From Alphaproteobacteria bacterium (GTDB taxonomy: Bacteria > Pseudomonadota > Alphaproteobacteria > JANQMY01): 64,000 bases of DNA. Shown here one piece after another: positions 48,400 to 59,045 of this stretch. The stretch covers positions 3,107 to 67,106 of the forward strand of contig CBDDFL010000002.1 of NCBI GenBank assembly GCA_965227095.1, written 5' to 3'. Every line of letters begins with the position of its first letter. Within the stretch, counting starts at the first letter, position 1. Under the pieces are notes generated by a model that made no database searches, was not told the DNA's origin, and worked only from the letters and a program-made list of their open reading frames with translations. A program made the translations under genes and the position numbers.

Positions 48400-50304
48400 A
48401 TGAATTTTCCTTCGCTTACAGAAACCGGTCGTCGTAGAAATTTAGGCTCGCCGATGAGAACCATCGTCATGGTTCTGGCGGCGGCATTCGCGGTTTGGGT
48501 AATCCACTCGAACCTCTTCATCATCTCCGATCCGCTCATTCAGGGCATTCTGTTCGTATCGGGCATTTTCACGATTCTCTTCCTCGCGATCGGCGCGACC
48601 TCGCGCGCGCCGGACAGCATTCCGATCTATGATTGGGTTCTCTCTGCGCTGAGCCTGGCCACAGGGGTGTATTTCTACGTGACCTCGGGAGCGATTGCGG
48701 ACCGGATCAGTCTACTCGACGAATTCACAACCGATCAGTTTTTCTTTGGCTCAGCCTTGTTGTTTCTGACCATCGAAGCGACCCGCCGGACCACCGGCCT
48801 AGGCCTGACCGGCGTTGTCGCCCTCTTCCTGATTTATAATCTGTTTGGCTCTCTTCTGCCGCCGCCATTCGGGCATCGCGTCAGCGAGTTCAGCTATCTC
48901 TTGGATATTCTGGTTTTCACCACCGATGGACTTTTTGGCGTGCCGCTTCAGGTCGTTGCCAGCTATGTTTTCCTGTTCGTGATGTTTGGAACATTCCTGG
49001 CCAAGGCCGGGGGAGGGGACTTCTTTTTCAACCTTGCAGCGCTTGTGACCGGCAATGCGCGCGGCGGCCCCGCCAAAATCGCGATCATTTCGTCGGGCCT
49101 GTACGGCACGATGTCCGGGAGCCCAACATCCGATGTTGTTGCAACGGGGTCGATCACGATCCCTGTCATGAAGCGACTCGGCTATCGGGCACGGTTCGCG
49201 GGGGCGGTGGAAGTCGCGGCGTCGTCTGGCGGAAGCGCGATGCCTCCGATCATGGGGTCAGCAGCCTTCATCATGGCCGAGTATTCCGGCATTTCCTACA
49301 ACGCCATCGTGCTCGCCGCTCTGGTGCCGGCGCTTCTATACTACACGGGTGTCTTCGCTCAGGTTCACTTCCGGTCAGTCAAGCACAACCTTCGACCCTC
49401 TGCAGACGAAATACCTTCAGCAAAGGAAACATTCAGGACCGGATGGGTTTTCCTGCTGCCGATCATCGGCATCATCGTCGCCCTCATTCTGGGGTATTCC
49501 CCGACCTTCACAGCCGGTGTCGGAGTTCTAGTAACCATCCTGTCCGCGATGATGCTGAAAGACACACGGCTGTCACTGTGGCAGTTGGTGGAAGGGCTGG
49601 GGGCGACTACGCTCCAGATTCTGCCAGTCGCCGGCGCTTGTGCCGCGGCCGGTCTTGTGATTGGCGGCTTGTCGATGACCGGCCTTGGAATGAAATCCGC
49701 GAACGTCATTTTGACTGTCAGCAACATGCAACCACTGCTGACACTCGTTATCGCCGCGGTCGTCACGATTGTTCTCGGTCTCGGGATGCCAACGCCCAGT
49801 GCGTATATCCTGGCAGCCGTGCTGGTCGGACCGGCGCTGGCAAAGCTCGGTTTCCCGACGTTGCCGAGCCAGATGTTTCTGCTCTACTATGCGATTCTCT
49901 CGGCACTTACGCCACCGATCGCCGTGGCAGCAATCGCGGCCTCAGCGATCGCCGACGAAGACCCCTTCAAGATCGCTTTCTCCGCAGTCCGGCTGGCCAT
50001 CGTCGGCTTCCTTCTGCCCTTCGCCTTCGTGTGGAACCCAGGCATCCTCCTAGAGCTCGGTCCTCTGGCAAACACTTTGGCCGTAGTGGGCGCCTTTGCC
50101 GGAGCACTCGCGGTCGCAGCCTCTCTGGAAGGCTTGGTCAAGACGCAACTCAGTGCAGTCGAACGGGGCGTACTGCCAATCGCTGCGATTGGCGCCGTAA
50201 GCCCTTACTTGGCGGTATCCGCGATCTGTATTTTAGTGATTGTCGCAATGCTATTCCGGCAGATCGCATTCACGACAGAAAACGCCCGCGTGGACAGTGC
50301 CTAG
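48400..50304 (+). CDS. TRAP transporter fused permease (DctQM-type)
   Basis: GGPAKIA, TGSITIPVMK, EVAASSGG..MPPIMGSAAFIMAE and LGLGMPT motifs. Confidence 0.92.
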   Translation: MNFPSLTETGRRRNLGSPMRTIVMVLAAAFAVWVIHSNLFIISDPLIQGILFVSGIFTILFLAIGATSRAPDSIPIYDWVLSALSLATGVYFYVTSGAIADRISLLDEFTTDQFFFGSALLFLTIEATRRTTGLGLTGVVALFLIYNLFGSLLPPPFGHRVSEFSYLLDILVFTTDGLFGVPLQVVASYVFLFVMFGTFLAKAGGGDFFFNLAALVTGNARGGPAKIAIISSGLYGTMSGSPTSDVVATGSITIPVMKRLGYRARFAGAVEVAASSGGSAMPPIMGSAAFIMAEYSGISYNAIVLAALVPALLYYTGVFAQVHFRSVKHNLRPSADEIPSAKETFRTGWVFLLPIIGIIVALILGYSPTFTAGVGVLVTILSAMMLKDTRLSLWQLVEGLGATTLQILPVAGACAAAGLVIGGLSMTGLGMKSANVILTVSNMQPLLTLVIAAVVTIVLGLGMPTPSAYILAAVLVGPALAKLGFPTLPSQMFLLYYAILSALTPPIAVAAIAASAIADEDPFKIAFSAVRLAIVGFLLPFAFVWNPGILLELGPLANTLAVVGAFAGALAVAASLEGLVKTQLSAVERGVLPIAAIGAVSPYLAVSAICILVIVAMLFRQIAFTTENARVDSA

Positions 50305-50504
50305 CTGTGGCGCCTCAGCAGGTTGACCCGATTGAAGCGCAGTCTGGTCATCGAGGGATTCAACCCAGAGACGGCATGTGGCCTGGGCCAATTTTTAAGG
50401 TTGGTCCGGGCCGGTCGGCCTATGACGCGGAACACAGGCGGCTACTTCCATAGGTGGGAGCTGATCACTTCGCAACCGGCGCAAAGTATTTCGAGGTTCA
50501 GGAA

Positions 50505-51080
50505 ATGAATGAAACACCGGGGCCGGAAGAACTTGGGCCAAAACAGCTTAGTATTGGCACCGACGCGATCCCCGAGCTGTCGGTTTCCATCAGAGCACCC
50601 CTTGCACAGGCCGCGGTCGTCGCGAAGGCGATAAACGATGCCGCTCTGTATCACCTAGATTGGAACCGATTTGACGCTCGCATGTCCCTACAGAATCAGA
50701 CTGGCATTGACCAGATCATCTTTTCGGTGACCTTGCTTGGGGAAGAAGCATCCGTTTCGCTCCGAGACGGAATGGCCGCCTTGGCCCATGATCTCGAAGA
50801 GAGGCTGAGCTTCGCTTCGGTGACTGTAGGGCACCAGGTGCCGGCCAACGGTACTGACCCGAAACCGCCAGCCGCGCCGCGCTATTGGAAGGCCTGGGTC
50901 ACCAGCATGCTGGGTGTCTATCCCCTGCTGATCCTTATCTACTACGCGCTGCAACCGCTCACGCAAAACCTTCCAGGTCCCGTGTCTCTGTTTCTTGTTG
51001 CGCTGGTGCTCACCGGAGTGAACGGTGTCTACGTTGCGCCGTTTCTGGGCAAGAGATTGCGTCCATGGCTCACACGGTGA
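50505..51080 (+). CDS. Membrane protein with a COG3224/ABM-associated C-terminus
   Basis: PPAAPRYWKAWVTSMLGVYPL..APFLGKRLRPWL two-TM tail. Confidence 0.6.
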   Translation: MNETPGPEELGPKQLSIGTDAIPELSVSIRAPLAQAAVVAKAINDAALYHLDWNRFDARMSLQNQTGIDQIIFSVTLLGEEASVSLRDGMAALAHDLEERLSFASVTVGHQVPANGTDPKPPAAPRYWKAWVTSMLGVYPLLILIYYALQPLTQNLPGPVSLFLVALVLTGVNGVYVAPFLGKRLRPWLTR

Positions 51081-51391
51081 AGCGAGATGGTTCGCTTGCC
51101 GCGACTTATGCACAGGCTGGCTGCCATGACACCTCAGAGACGGGCCCGGCAAGCCGCTGTCGGGGAGGTTCCGGACCACAATTGCGCGAAAGTATCTCGG
51201 TTTTGCGATCTCGTCAGCTTGATCTAGTTCAGAACCCGCTATTTCGGACAACAAGTTAGGTCGATACCTACAACGCGGGAAAAAAAAGTGGCAGGTTACG
51301 TTGACAGATAAAACTTAGAGAGCTAAGAATAGTTGAGAGGTCGAAAACCACTCATCCACTGAAAGAGTCGGATGCCATTGGAGGAGCCCAG

Positions 51392-52672
51392 ATGCTTACA
51401 CCCGAAGAGAATGAACTGCTTACACGCGTAACGGGGGATGCCCCGATGGCGCGACTTATGCGTCAGCATTGGACGCCTGTATGCCTGATCGAAGAGGTTG
51501 AAGAGTCGGACGGCAAACCGCTTCGAGTCGAAGTTCTCGGCGAAAGCTATGTCGCGTTCCGGGATACCAAGGGTCGTCTGGGAATGCTGGATGAGCTTTG
51601 CCCGCACAGAAAGGCCTCTCTGGTCTATGGCCGTAACGAGGAATGTGGGCTGCGCTGCCTCTATCACGGCTGGAAGATGGATGTTGAAGGCAATGTCGTC
51701 GCAATGTCTTCAGAGCCGGAAGGCAGTCCATTGATGGACAAGGTCAAACATCGTTCCTACCCCGTGCGGGAGTGGGGCGGCTTCGTCTGGGCTTGGCTCG
51801 GCGAGAAAGATGATATGCCCGAGTTCCAGCCGCCGGCCTTTGCGCCAACCGAAGACACCCCAGTTTCGATCCTGAAGATTCGCGTGCCCGCCAACTGGGC
51901 GCAGATTCACGAGGGCCAGATCGATAGCGCGCATTCATCATCGCTCCATTCCTCGAATATGGTTCCGGCACGGGTCGAGGGCGCCGCGGCGGACGACAAA
52001 TCATGGTACCGCCCATCGACAGACAAATCTCCGCGTATGCAGACTGAAACCACGAGCTACGGTTTCCATTACGCGGCGATCCGTAAGCCGATCAAAAACG
52101 CTCAGACGCACAACTATCTCCGGATCACCGAATTTATCGCGCCCTATTATTCGCTGATTCCGCCGAACAACAACTACCGGGTCGCCAGCGTCATCGTGCC
52201 GATCAATGACGATGAGACAGCGTTTCACTTCATAGCCTTCGACGGACCGAACGTTCCCTCCACTGAAGAGTGGCGCAAGTTTGCCCATGCCGTACCGGGT
52301 GAGGACGTGGACCACAAATGGCGCTCTCTCCGGACGTTGGAGAACGACTTCAAGCAGGACCGAGAAAGGATGAAAGAGGGCCACTTTACCGGCGTGGACG
52401 GCATTCCGAACGAAGATATTGTGATGTGGGTTTCGATGGGTAGCCGCGTACAGCGTCACACGGACATTCTTGGGGCCTCCGACCTGGCGATTGTCGAGTT
52501 CCGCCGCCTCATGGCCGATGCGGCAAAGAAAGTCGCCGAAGGTGGCCAGGCAATCGGCACCGAGTCGAAGATTCCGCAAAGGGTAATCGCCTCTCACGAG
52601 GGAGTGTATCCTAAGGACGTCGATTGGCGAACACTGGTGGACACGTCGAGCAAGACGGAAGCGGCGGAATAA
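51392..52672 (+). CDS. ophA2: Phthalate 4,5-dioxygenase oxygenase subunit (Rieske)
   Basis: MLTPEENELLTRV; CPHR..CLYHGW Rieske site; NWAQIHEGQIDSAHSSSLH; context. Confidence 0.88.
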   Translation: MLTPEENELLTRVTGDAPMARLMRQHWTPVCLIEEVEESDGKPLRVEVLGESYVAFRDTKGRLGMLDELCPHRKASLVYGRNEECGLRCLYHGWKMDVEGNVVAMSSEPEGSPLMDKVKHRSYPVREWGGFVWAWLGEKDDMPEFQPPAFAPTEDTPVSILKIRVPANWAQIHEGQIDSAHSSSLHSSNMVPARVEGAAADDKSWYRPSTDKSPRMQTETTSYGFHYAAIRKPIKNAQTHNYLRITEFIAPYYSLIPPNNNYRVASVIVPINDDETAFHFIAFDGPNVPSTEEWRKFAHAVPGEDVDHKWRSLRTLENDFKQDRERMKEGHFTGVDGIPNEDIVMWVSMGSRVQRHTDILGASDLAIVEFRRLMADAAKKVAEGGQAIGTESKIPQRVIASHEGVYPKDVDWRTLVDTSSKTEAAE

Positions 52673-52694
52673 CTTGCGCACATGTTTCCTCCCT

Positions 52695-52736
52695 GAACCG
52701 TCCAAGGCCTCAAGGGGTTTTGGGCGGCTCTTTTTT
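52695..52736 (+). terminator. Rho-independent terminator
   Basis: CCGTCCAAGGCC..GGTTTTGGGCGG followed by a T-run. Confidence 0.6.
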
Positions 52737-52799
52737 CGTGGTGCCGTCGGACTTTCATAGCTTCCCTCGACGGATTCTGCTCGGCGGGCGACAGGCGTT

Positions 52800-53942
52800 A
52801 TGACGACAGCAATCAATATCGAAGACTTGCGGGCGCAGGCACGGCGTCGCCTGCCACGGGTGGTGTTCGATTATTTGGATGGGGGCGCGGAATCGGAGGT
52901 GACGCTGCGGCACAATCGCAGTTCCTTCACGAATATCGTTCTCACGCCGCGAATCCTCAAAGGGGGGAGCGTCGATCTCACCTTGGAGCTGTTCGGGGAA
53001 ACATACTCGAAGCCGTTTTTCATAGGGCCGACAGGGCTGAACGGCCTCTACTGGCCCCAGGGAGATCTGCACCTCGCCGCTGCGGCCGAACGAGCCGGGG
53101 TCGGGTTCACGGTTTCGACCGCCTCGAACACGACGCTGGAAGAGATCGCGCGGAGGAGCAAGGGTCCCCTCTGGTTCCAGCTTTATCCGTGGGGGAAGGG
53201 CGCATTCGCTGATGCGCTGATCGACCGGGCACAGGCGGCCGGTTACTCGGCTCTGGTACTGACTGTCGATTCACTCGTGGGCGGCAAGCGCGAACGTGAT
53301 CTGCGGCACGGCTTCGCCCACGAAATCCGCATTGGCCCTCGGACTGTTCTCGATGGGCTTCTGCATCCTGCTTGGCTGACCTCCGTATGGCTCGGGCCGC
53401 ACCGTCCCAGACTTGAGAACCTCTTGGACTTTGTCGGAAACAGCGCGAGCGACAGAGAACTGGCCGAGTTTACCCGATCTCAGCGGAACCCGGAGTTTTC
53501 TTGGGGAGATGTTCGCCGCATTCGGGAGAAATGGAAAGGCCCGCTGCTGATCAAGGGTATCATGTGCCCAGAAGATGCGATTGACGCGCAACGCGCCGGT
53601 GTGGATGGAATCGTCGTCTCGAACCATGGTGGCCGTCAGCTTGATGGCGCTCCTGCCACCATCGACGTACTCGCAGATATCATCGCGGCTCTTGATCGGA
53701 AGTTTCCGGTTCTGCTGGACGGCGGCATTCGTCGCGGCAGTGACATCGTGAAAGCCCTCGCCTTGGGTGCGAAGGGCATTCTGCTGGGTCGCGCGCCGCT
53801 CTATGGCTTGGCGGCGCAAGGCGAGGCGGGCGTGTCACGGGCGCTTTCGATCCTTGAAGAGGAGATGACGAGGACCATGACCTTTGTGGGCGCAAGATCC
53901 GTGTCTGCGGTCTCTGATTTCAACGTCGAAATTCGACGGTAA
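52800..53942 (+). CDS. FMN-dependent alpha-hydroxy-acid oxidase/dehydrogenase (MdlB/LldD family)
   Basis: FDYLDGGAE, WFQLY, SNHGGRQLD and DGGIRRGSDIVKALALGA motifs. Confidence 0.92.
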   Translation: MTTAINIEDLRAQARRRLPRVVFDYLDGGAESEVTLRHNRSSFTNIVLTPRILKGGSVDLTLELFGETYSKPFFIGPTGLNGLYWPQGDLHLAAAAERAGVGFTVSTASNTTLEEIARRSKGPLWFQLYPWGKGAFADALIDRAQAAGYSALVLTVDSLVGGKRERDLRHGFAHEIRIGPRTVLDGLLHPAWLTSVWLGPHRPRLENLLDFVGNSASDRELAEFTRSQRNPEFSWGDVRRIREKWKGPLLIKGIMCPEDAIDAQRAGVDGIVVSNHGGRQLDGAPATIDVLADIIAALDRKFPVLLDGGIRRGSDIVKALALGAKGILLGRAPLYGLAAQGEAGVSRALSILEEEMTRTMTFVGARSVSAVSDFNVEIRR

Positions 53943-54071
53943 TAAATGGTTCCTCCGCCAGTAGCGCTTGCACGATCAACGTTTTGGATGACTGCGTAGT
54001 TCAAGGTCGGTTGACACACATAACTTAGCTATCTAAACAAATTCACAATCACGACCATATGGGAGGACCTC

Positions 54072-55010
54072 ATGGAGAATATCAAGATGCGCGTCGAGAA
54101 ACGGCGTGACTTGACCCCGAGCATCGCCGAATTCACCCTGGTGCCGGTTGGGGCCGATGTGCTCCCTAGTTTCGATCCTGGTGCTCACATCACCTTGGAA
54201 ACTCCGTCCGGAGCGATGCGTCGCTATTCACTGATCAACGATGGCAGCGACCCAAAGGAATTTGTTGTCGCGATCAAAAGAGAACCGAATTCGCGTGGGG
54301 GCTCCGCGTCGATGCACGAACAGGCGACCGTCGGGTCCGAGTTGACAGTCGAATTCCCGGAAAACGATTTCCCGCTAACCGATGTTCAGAAGTACCTGCT
54401 CATCGCCGGCGGTATCGGGATCACGCCGATTCTGTCGATGGCACGGTATCTCGACAAGAAGGGCAAGATGCTCAGAATCATCTACGTCAGCCGCAGTCCG
54501 GAGGAATCGGCCTATCTGGATGAACTGATGAGAGATTTCGATGGCCGGATCATTGTGCACCATGACGGCGGCGCTCCGGATGCAGTCTACGATTTCTGGG
54601 ACGATCTCGTCACGCCCCGTGCCACTCACGTCTTCTGTTGTGGTCCGAAACCGCTGATGGATGAAATCAAGGCCGTTTCCGGGCACTGGCCGGAGGGGCG
54701 AGTTCACTTCGAGGATTTCAAGCCCGTCGATGTGGTGCGCCAAGACGATGTCTCTTTCGAAGTGGAGCTGAAAAAAAGTAGCGAAACCGTCACGGTGCCC
54801 GAAGATCGTTCGATCTTGGAGGCATTGCGTGACGCCGGATTCGCAACGTCCAGCTCCTGTGAAAGTGGCACATGCGGCACCTGCAAGATCCGCCTCCTCG
54901 AAGGGGAAGCTGACCATCGCGACATGGTGCTTATGGAAGAGGAAAAAAGCGACCATATAATGATTTGTGTATCGCGCGCGCTATCGGGGAGGCTGGTTCT
55001 TGACCTCTGA
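54072..55010 (+). CDS. ophA1: Phthalate dioxygenase reductase (PDR/VanB family)
   Basis: RRYSL, AGGIGITP, CGP and CESGTCGTC..ICVSRA motifs. Confidence 0.9.
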   Translation: MENIKMRVEKRRDLTPSIAEFTLVPVGADVLPSFDPGAHITLETPSGAMRRYSLINDGSDPKEFVVAIKREPNSRGGSASMHEQATVGSELTVEFPENDFPLTDVQKYLLIAGGIGITPILSMARYLDKKGKMLRIIYVSRSPEESAYLDELMRDFDGRIIVHHDGGAPDAVYDFWDDLVTPRATHVFCCGPKPLMDEIKAVSGHWPEGRVHFEDFKPVDVVRQDDVSFEVELKKSSETVTVPEDRSILEALRDAGFATSSSCESGTCGTCKIRLLEGEADHRDMVLMEEEKSDHIMICVSRALSGRLVLDL

Positions 55011-56187
55011 TCCCGTCCGCCTCGGAGTTGCGGGATTGGGGCGGGCTTTCATGCTGATGGTCCCCACCTTTGATGCCGACGCACGCGTCAAGCTCACGGC
55101 CGCGGCCGCGCCGAGGGCGGAAAGCCGGGCCGCATTCGAAGAGCAATACGGCGGTGTCGCCTATCCGACTGTCGAGGAACTATGCGCCGATCCATCTGTG
55201 GAAGCGATCTACATCGCCACCCCGCACCAAATGCATGTAGATCACGTTCTGGCCGCGGCGCGCGCTGGAAAGCACATTCTCGTGGAAAAGCCGCTCGCGA
55301 TCTCGATGGAAGACGCCGAGACCATGGTCGCCGCCGCGAACGAGGCGGGGGTTCACCTGATCGTTGGGCCCAGCCACAGTTTCGATCCGCCGGTCGAGCT
55401 GGCCGCGCAGTTGATCGCGAGCGGCAAGTTCGGCCAGCTGAGAATGATCCAGGCCCTTAACTACACTGACTTCCTGTATCGTCCCCGACGCCCGGAGGAG
55501 CTGCGCACCGAAGAAGGAGGAGGGGTGCTGTTCAGCCAGGCCATCCACCAGATCGACGTGGTCCGACGGCTTGCGGGCGGCATGGGAGAGAAGATTTATG
55601 CCATGACCGGGGCATGGGATCCAAAGCGTCCAACAGAAGGCGCCTTTACGGCGCTGATGAACTTTGAGGGTGGATGCGTCGCCAATCTCACCTATTCGGG
55701 CTATGCCCATTTCGATAGCGACATTTGGATGAACGACGTCGGAGAGCTGGGGCAGCGAAAACTCGCCGGCGCCTATGGCGATGCAAGGCGGGCGCTGATG
55801 GACCTCGATCCCGATGACGAGGCGCGCCTCAAGACGACGCGCACATTCGGCAGCGGTAAGACGGTCGACGCAAAGCACAACGAGCATTTTGGCCCAGTCA
55901 TCGCGCTTTGCGACCGTGCCGACCTAAAGCTGACTCCGGACGGAGTTGAAGTATTTGGTGACACCGAGCGTGGCTTCATCGAAGTGACATTCGGGCCCGC
56001 GCCACGTAGAACCGTGAACGATGCACTGGTAGCCGCTGTCCGCCAGAACAAGGCCCCCGTCCAGACGGGCGCGTGGGGTCTGGCAAGCCTGGAGGTTTGC
56101 CATGCGATCCTGCAGTCCGCCTCGACCGGCCAACCTGTCGACCTGCGGCAACAATGCAAAACAAATGAGGAGGAACAAACTGGATGA
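55000..56187 (+). CDS. ophB: cis-phthalate dihydrodiol dehydrogenase (Gfo/Idh/MocA)
   Basis: GLGRAF, EKP, GPSHSFD and NYTDFLYRPRRPEEL motifs. Confidence 0.88.
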   Translation: MTSDPVRLGVAGLGRAFMLMVPTFDADARVKLTAAAAPRAESRAAFEEQYGGVAYPTVEELCADPSVEAIYIATPHQMHVDHVLAAARAGKHILVEKPLAISMEDAETMVAAANEAGVHLIVGPSHSFDPPVELAAQLIASGKFGQLRMIQALNYTDFLYRPRRPEELRTEEGGGVLFSQAIHQIDVVRRLAGGMGEKIYAMTGAWDPKRPTEGAFTALMNFEGGCVANLTYSGYAHFDSDIWMNDVGELGQRKLAGAYGDARRALMDLDPDDEARLKTTRTFGSGKTVDAKHNEHFGPVIALCDRADLKLTPDGVEVFGDTERGFIEVTFGPAPRRTVNDALVAAVRQNKAPVQTGAWGLASLEVCHAILQSASTGQPVDLRQQCKTNEEEQTG

Positions 56188-57176
56188 GCAATCTCAAACT
56201 ATCCCTTGCCATGGGAAATTATGACCGGACGCGTGCCATTGTGGATGGAAGAGTGCAGATAGACGGTGTCGATCCCGTGCCCATGCTACTGTCCCCAGAG
56301 GAAATGTTCTTCCGGGCATTCCGCCACGAAGCTTTCGATATCAGCGAAATTTCGTTGTCCTCCTATTCGATCTCGGTCGCCCGCGGAAATCCGCACTATG
56401 TCGCGATCCCGGTCTTTCTGAGCCGGGCATTCCGTCACACTTCAGTCTACATTCGAACCGACAAAGGGATCGACACGCCGCAGGATCTAAAGGGCAAGCG
56501 CATTGGCATCGCCGAATACCAGCTGTCCGCCAATGTCTGGGTGCGCGGCATTCTCGAAGAGGAATACGGTGTCAAACCCTCCGACATCATCTGGGTGCGC
56601 GGCGGTATGGATACGCCGGGCCGGCCCGAAAAGATCAAGGTTCAGTTACCCGACAATATCCGCATGGAAGAGGCGCCAGTTGGCAGCACGCTGAATGGCA
56701 TGCTCGAGGCCGGTGAGATCGACGGCTTCGTCGGCCCGCGTTGGCCGCGTTGTTTCGCCGAGCGGCATCCGCACGTAGGTCGGCTCTTTGCAGACAGCAT
56801 CGCTACGGCCGAAGCCTATTTCGAAAAGACACGGATCTTTCCGATCATGCATGTCCTTGGGGTGCGCCGCAGCCTCGCAGAAGAATACCCGTTCCTACCC
56901 GCCGCCCTGCTCAAGGCGTTCACGCAATCGAAGCTGTTGGCAGAAGAAGCTCTGTCTGACACCTCGGCAACGAAAGTAACGATGCCCTTCGTCGAGGATA
57001 ATCTCAACCGCGTGCATGCGCTAATGGGTGACGACCCATGGAGCTATGGCGTCGGCGGCAACGCCCATGTCCTGAACAAGTTTTTGGATTACCACGCGAG
57101 TCAGGGTCTGTCCCCGCGCCGAGTGGAGATCGAAGAACTGTTCCATCCCTCGACCCTAGAAGCCTACAGCCTTTAA
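56184..57176 (+). CDS. ophC: 4,5-dihydroxyphthalate decarboxylase
   Basis: LSLAMGNYDRT, PEEMFFRAF, PVFLSRAFRH and FPIMH motifs. Confidence 0.9.
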   Translation: MSNLKLSLAMGNYDRTRAIVDGRVQIDGVDPVPMLLSPEEMFFRAFRHEAFDISEISLSSYSISVARGNPHYVAIPVFLSRAFRHTSVYIRTDKGIDTPQDLKGKRIGIAEYQLSANVWVRGILEEEYGVKPSDIIWVRGGMDTPGRPEKIKVQLPDNIRMEEAPVGSTLNGMLEAGEIDGFVGPRWPRCFAERHPHVGRLFADSIATAEAYFEKTRIFPIMHVLGVRRSLAEEYPFLPAALLKAFTQSKLLAEEALSDTSATKVTMPFVEDNLNRVHALMGDDPWSYGVGGNAHVLNKFLDYHASQGLSPRRVEIEELFHPSTLEAYSL

Positions 57177-57189
57177 GAGGAGCGCCACA

Positions 57190-57633
57190 ATGGAAGAGTA
57201 CGCACCCGGAGATATCGTCGAGGTCGAAACACCGAAGGGGTTGGCTTACGTGCAGCTCACCCATACCCACCCGAGCTATCCTCCCGTGGTCAAGTTCCTC
57301 CCGGGGCCTTACGAGCACCGGCCCGACAATGTGACTGTATTGGCCGAAAAACCCGCACCGATGGCCATGGTACCCTTAACAGGGGCATTGAATCGGTTAG
57401 GGTTGAAGCACGCGCTTGCCGGAAGGTCGGACATTCCGCATTCGGAAAGAAGTTTCCCGATTTTCCGGATGCCGATTCGCGACAAGCAAGGCGAGATCAT
57501 CTATTGGTGGTTCTGGGACGGCCAAGGGTTGACCTATTCTACCGAGCTGATGGAGCAGCAGGAGACGCTGCCAATGCGCGAGGTTATATCCTCAGACCAC
57601 TTCCTGGATCAGTTGCTGGCCCATGACAAGTAG
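57190..57633 (+). CDS. Hypothetical protein (Imm26-like N-terminus)
   Basis: GGAG RBS; PGDIVEVETPKGLAYVQ..YWWFWDG. Confidence 0.65.
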   Translation: MEEYAPGDIVEVETPKGLAYVQLTHTHPSYPPVVKFLPGPYEHRPDNVTVLAEKPAPMAMVPLTGALNRLGLKHALAGRSDIPHSERSFPIFRMPIRDKQGEIIYWWFWDGQGLTYSTELMEQQETLPMREVISSDHFLDQLLAHDK

Positions 57634-57660
57634 CAGGTACAATCCGCGCCGACACGCGCG

Positions 57661-58596
57661 ATGACTGCGGGGTTCGGCGGCCTCTTGGCCGCGTTCGGAG
57701 CGTTCTGCTACGCCTTGAGTTCGGTTTCCATTGCCAAGAGTTCCCAATCGGTTCAAGGCCGCGGCAACGACGTTCTTATCTCTGTGCTGATGACCGCCTT
57801 TGTCTCAGGGGCGCTTTGGCTGCTCCTGGGTCCAACGATGCCGGAACTTGGACTCGGTGTGCTCATTGGTGTGGCCTATTTCGTTGCAGCAGGGGTGCTT
57901 GGTAACGTTCTCGGCCGTCTCACGCTGTTTCGCTCCGTAGAGCTTGCCGGAGCCATCGAAACCGGATTCATCCGACGCCTGATACCTGTGTTTGCGGCGC
58001 TGTTGGCGTTTTTTTTTCTGGGTGAGGTCATTACGATACCAGTGGTCATCGCCTTCTTCCTGGTTACCAGCGGCGTGGTAATCATGATGTCACGCGCTTC
58101 GGTCAAATCGGCTTCTGACTTGGCGGTCGGAGATCCCGACCCTCAAGAGAGGAACAAGGGCCGCGCGATGGCCGTAGCGTCCGCCGCCGGGTATGGCGGC
58201 TCTTTTGTCTCCCGAAAGCTCGCCATGCAGACTTTGCCTGACCCTCTGGCCGGCGTGTTCATCGGTGCGATGACGGGCCTAATGTGGTTCGCGGTCTCCT
58301 GGGTGTTCCGGTTCAAATCGCGCAACGCGTTGTCCTGGCGAATTCAGCGGCCGAGCGGGTGGCAACTGCTGGCTGGCAGTTCGATGACCGTTGGGCAAGT
58401 GGCGCTGTTCTTTTCGCTTATGTTCACTGATGTGACCGTCGTCGCGATCATGTCTTCGATCGAGATGTTCTTTGCCGCCTGGCTCGCAGGCCACATCTTC
58501 AAAACCGAACGGCGCCCGGGTCCCAGATTCTACCTGTCGTCTGCACTAGCCGCGACCGGTGTGACACTTCTCGCCCTTGCGCCAAGGTTTGGTTAG
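57661..58596 (+). CDS. DMT/EamA family transporter
   Basis: Two 5-TM repeats; LAFFFLGEVIT. Confidence 0.85.
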   Translation: MTAGFGGLLAAFGAFCYALSSVSIAKSSQSVQGRGNDVLISVLMTAFVSGALWLLLGPTMPELGLGVLIGVAYFVAAGVLGNVLGRLTLFRSVELAGAIETGFIRRLIPVFAALLAFFFLGEVITIPVVIAFFLVTSGVVIMMSRASVKSASDLAVGDPDPQERNKGRAMAVASAAGYGGSFVSRKLAMQTLPDPLAGVFIGAMTGLMWFAVSWVFRFKSRNALSWRIQRPSGWQLLAGSSMTVGQVALFFSLMFTDVTVVAIMSSIEMFFAAWLAGHIFKTERRPGPRFYLSSALAATGVTLLALAPRFG

Positions 58597-59045
58597 TGGG
58601 ACTGGCAACACGCAATTGCGAGATTGTCCAGCAGCTTGTCCATCGCAGCGAAAAGGTGACCCAACTCGTCGGGTTCAAATCCCGCCGAGGCGTGATCTGC
58701 CGCGAGACGCGCAGATTTCATTGCGCCATCTATCGTTCGAAGGCCTGCGTCAGTCAGGTCGACATGAACCACGCGCCGGTCGGACTGGCTGCGGTTACGC
58801 GTGATAAGATCTCGCTTTTCGAGCTCGTCCAGGACGCGTGTGGACGACGCCTTTTCGATGCCCAACAACCCGGAAAGCTCGGATTGTTTTAGCTTGCCTT
58901 CCTCTCTCAGGCACCGGAGATGAATGTACTGCGCCATGCTGAGCCCGGTTTCGCGCAACTGCTCCTGCAGCAGCTTACCATAAAGATGATGCGCCAGGCG
59001 GAGCGACGCCCCAAGACCACGTTTCTTGGAAGGTGATTGCGGCAC
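58593..59045 (-). CDS. MarR family regulator
   Basis: LKQSELS..IEKASSTRVLDELE..DRRVVHVDLT. Confidence 0.9.
   Translation of the reverse strand: MPQSPSKKRGLGASLRLAHHLYGKLLQEQLRETGLSMAQYIHLRCLREEGKLKQSELSGLLGIEKASSTRVLDELEKRDLITRNRSQSDRRVVHVDLTDAGLRTIDGAMKSARLAADHASAGFEPDELGHLFAAMDKLLDNLAIACCQSH

Noticed and set aside
56184-57176. ABC substrate-binding protein call for ophC
   Set aside because: No signal peptide; motifs and context fit 4,5-dihydroxyphthalate decarboxylase, which shares that fold
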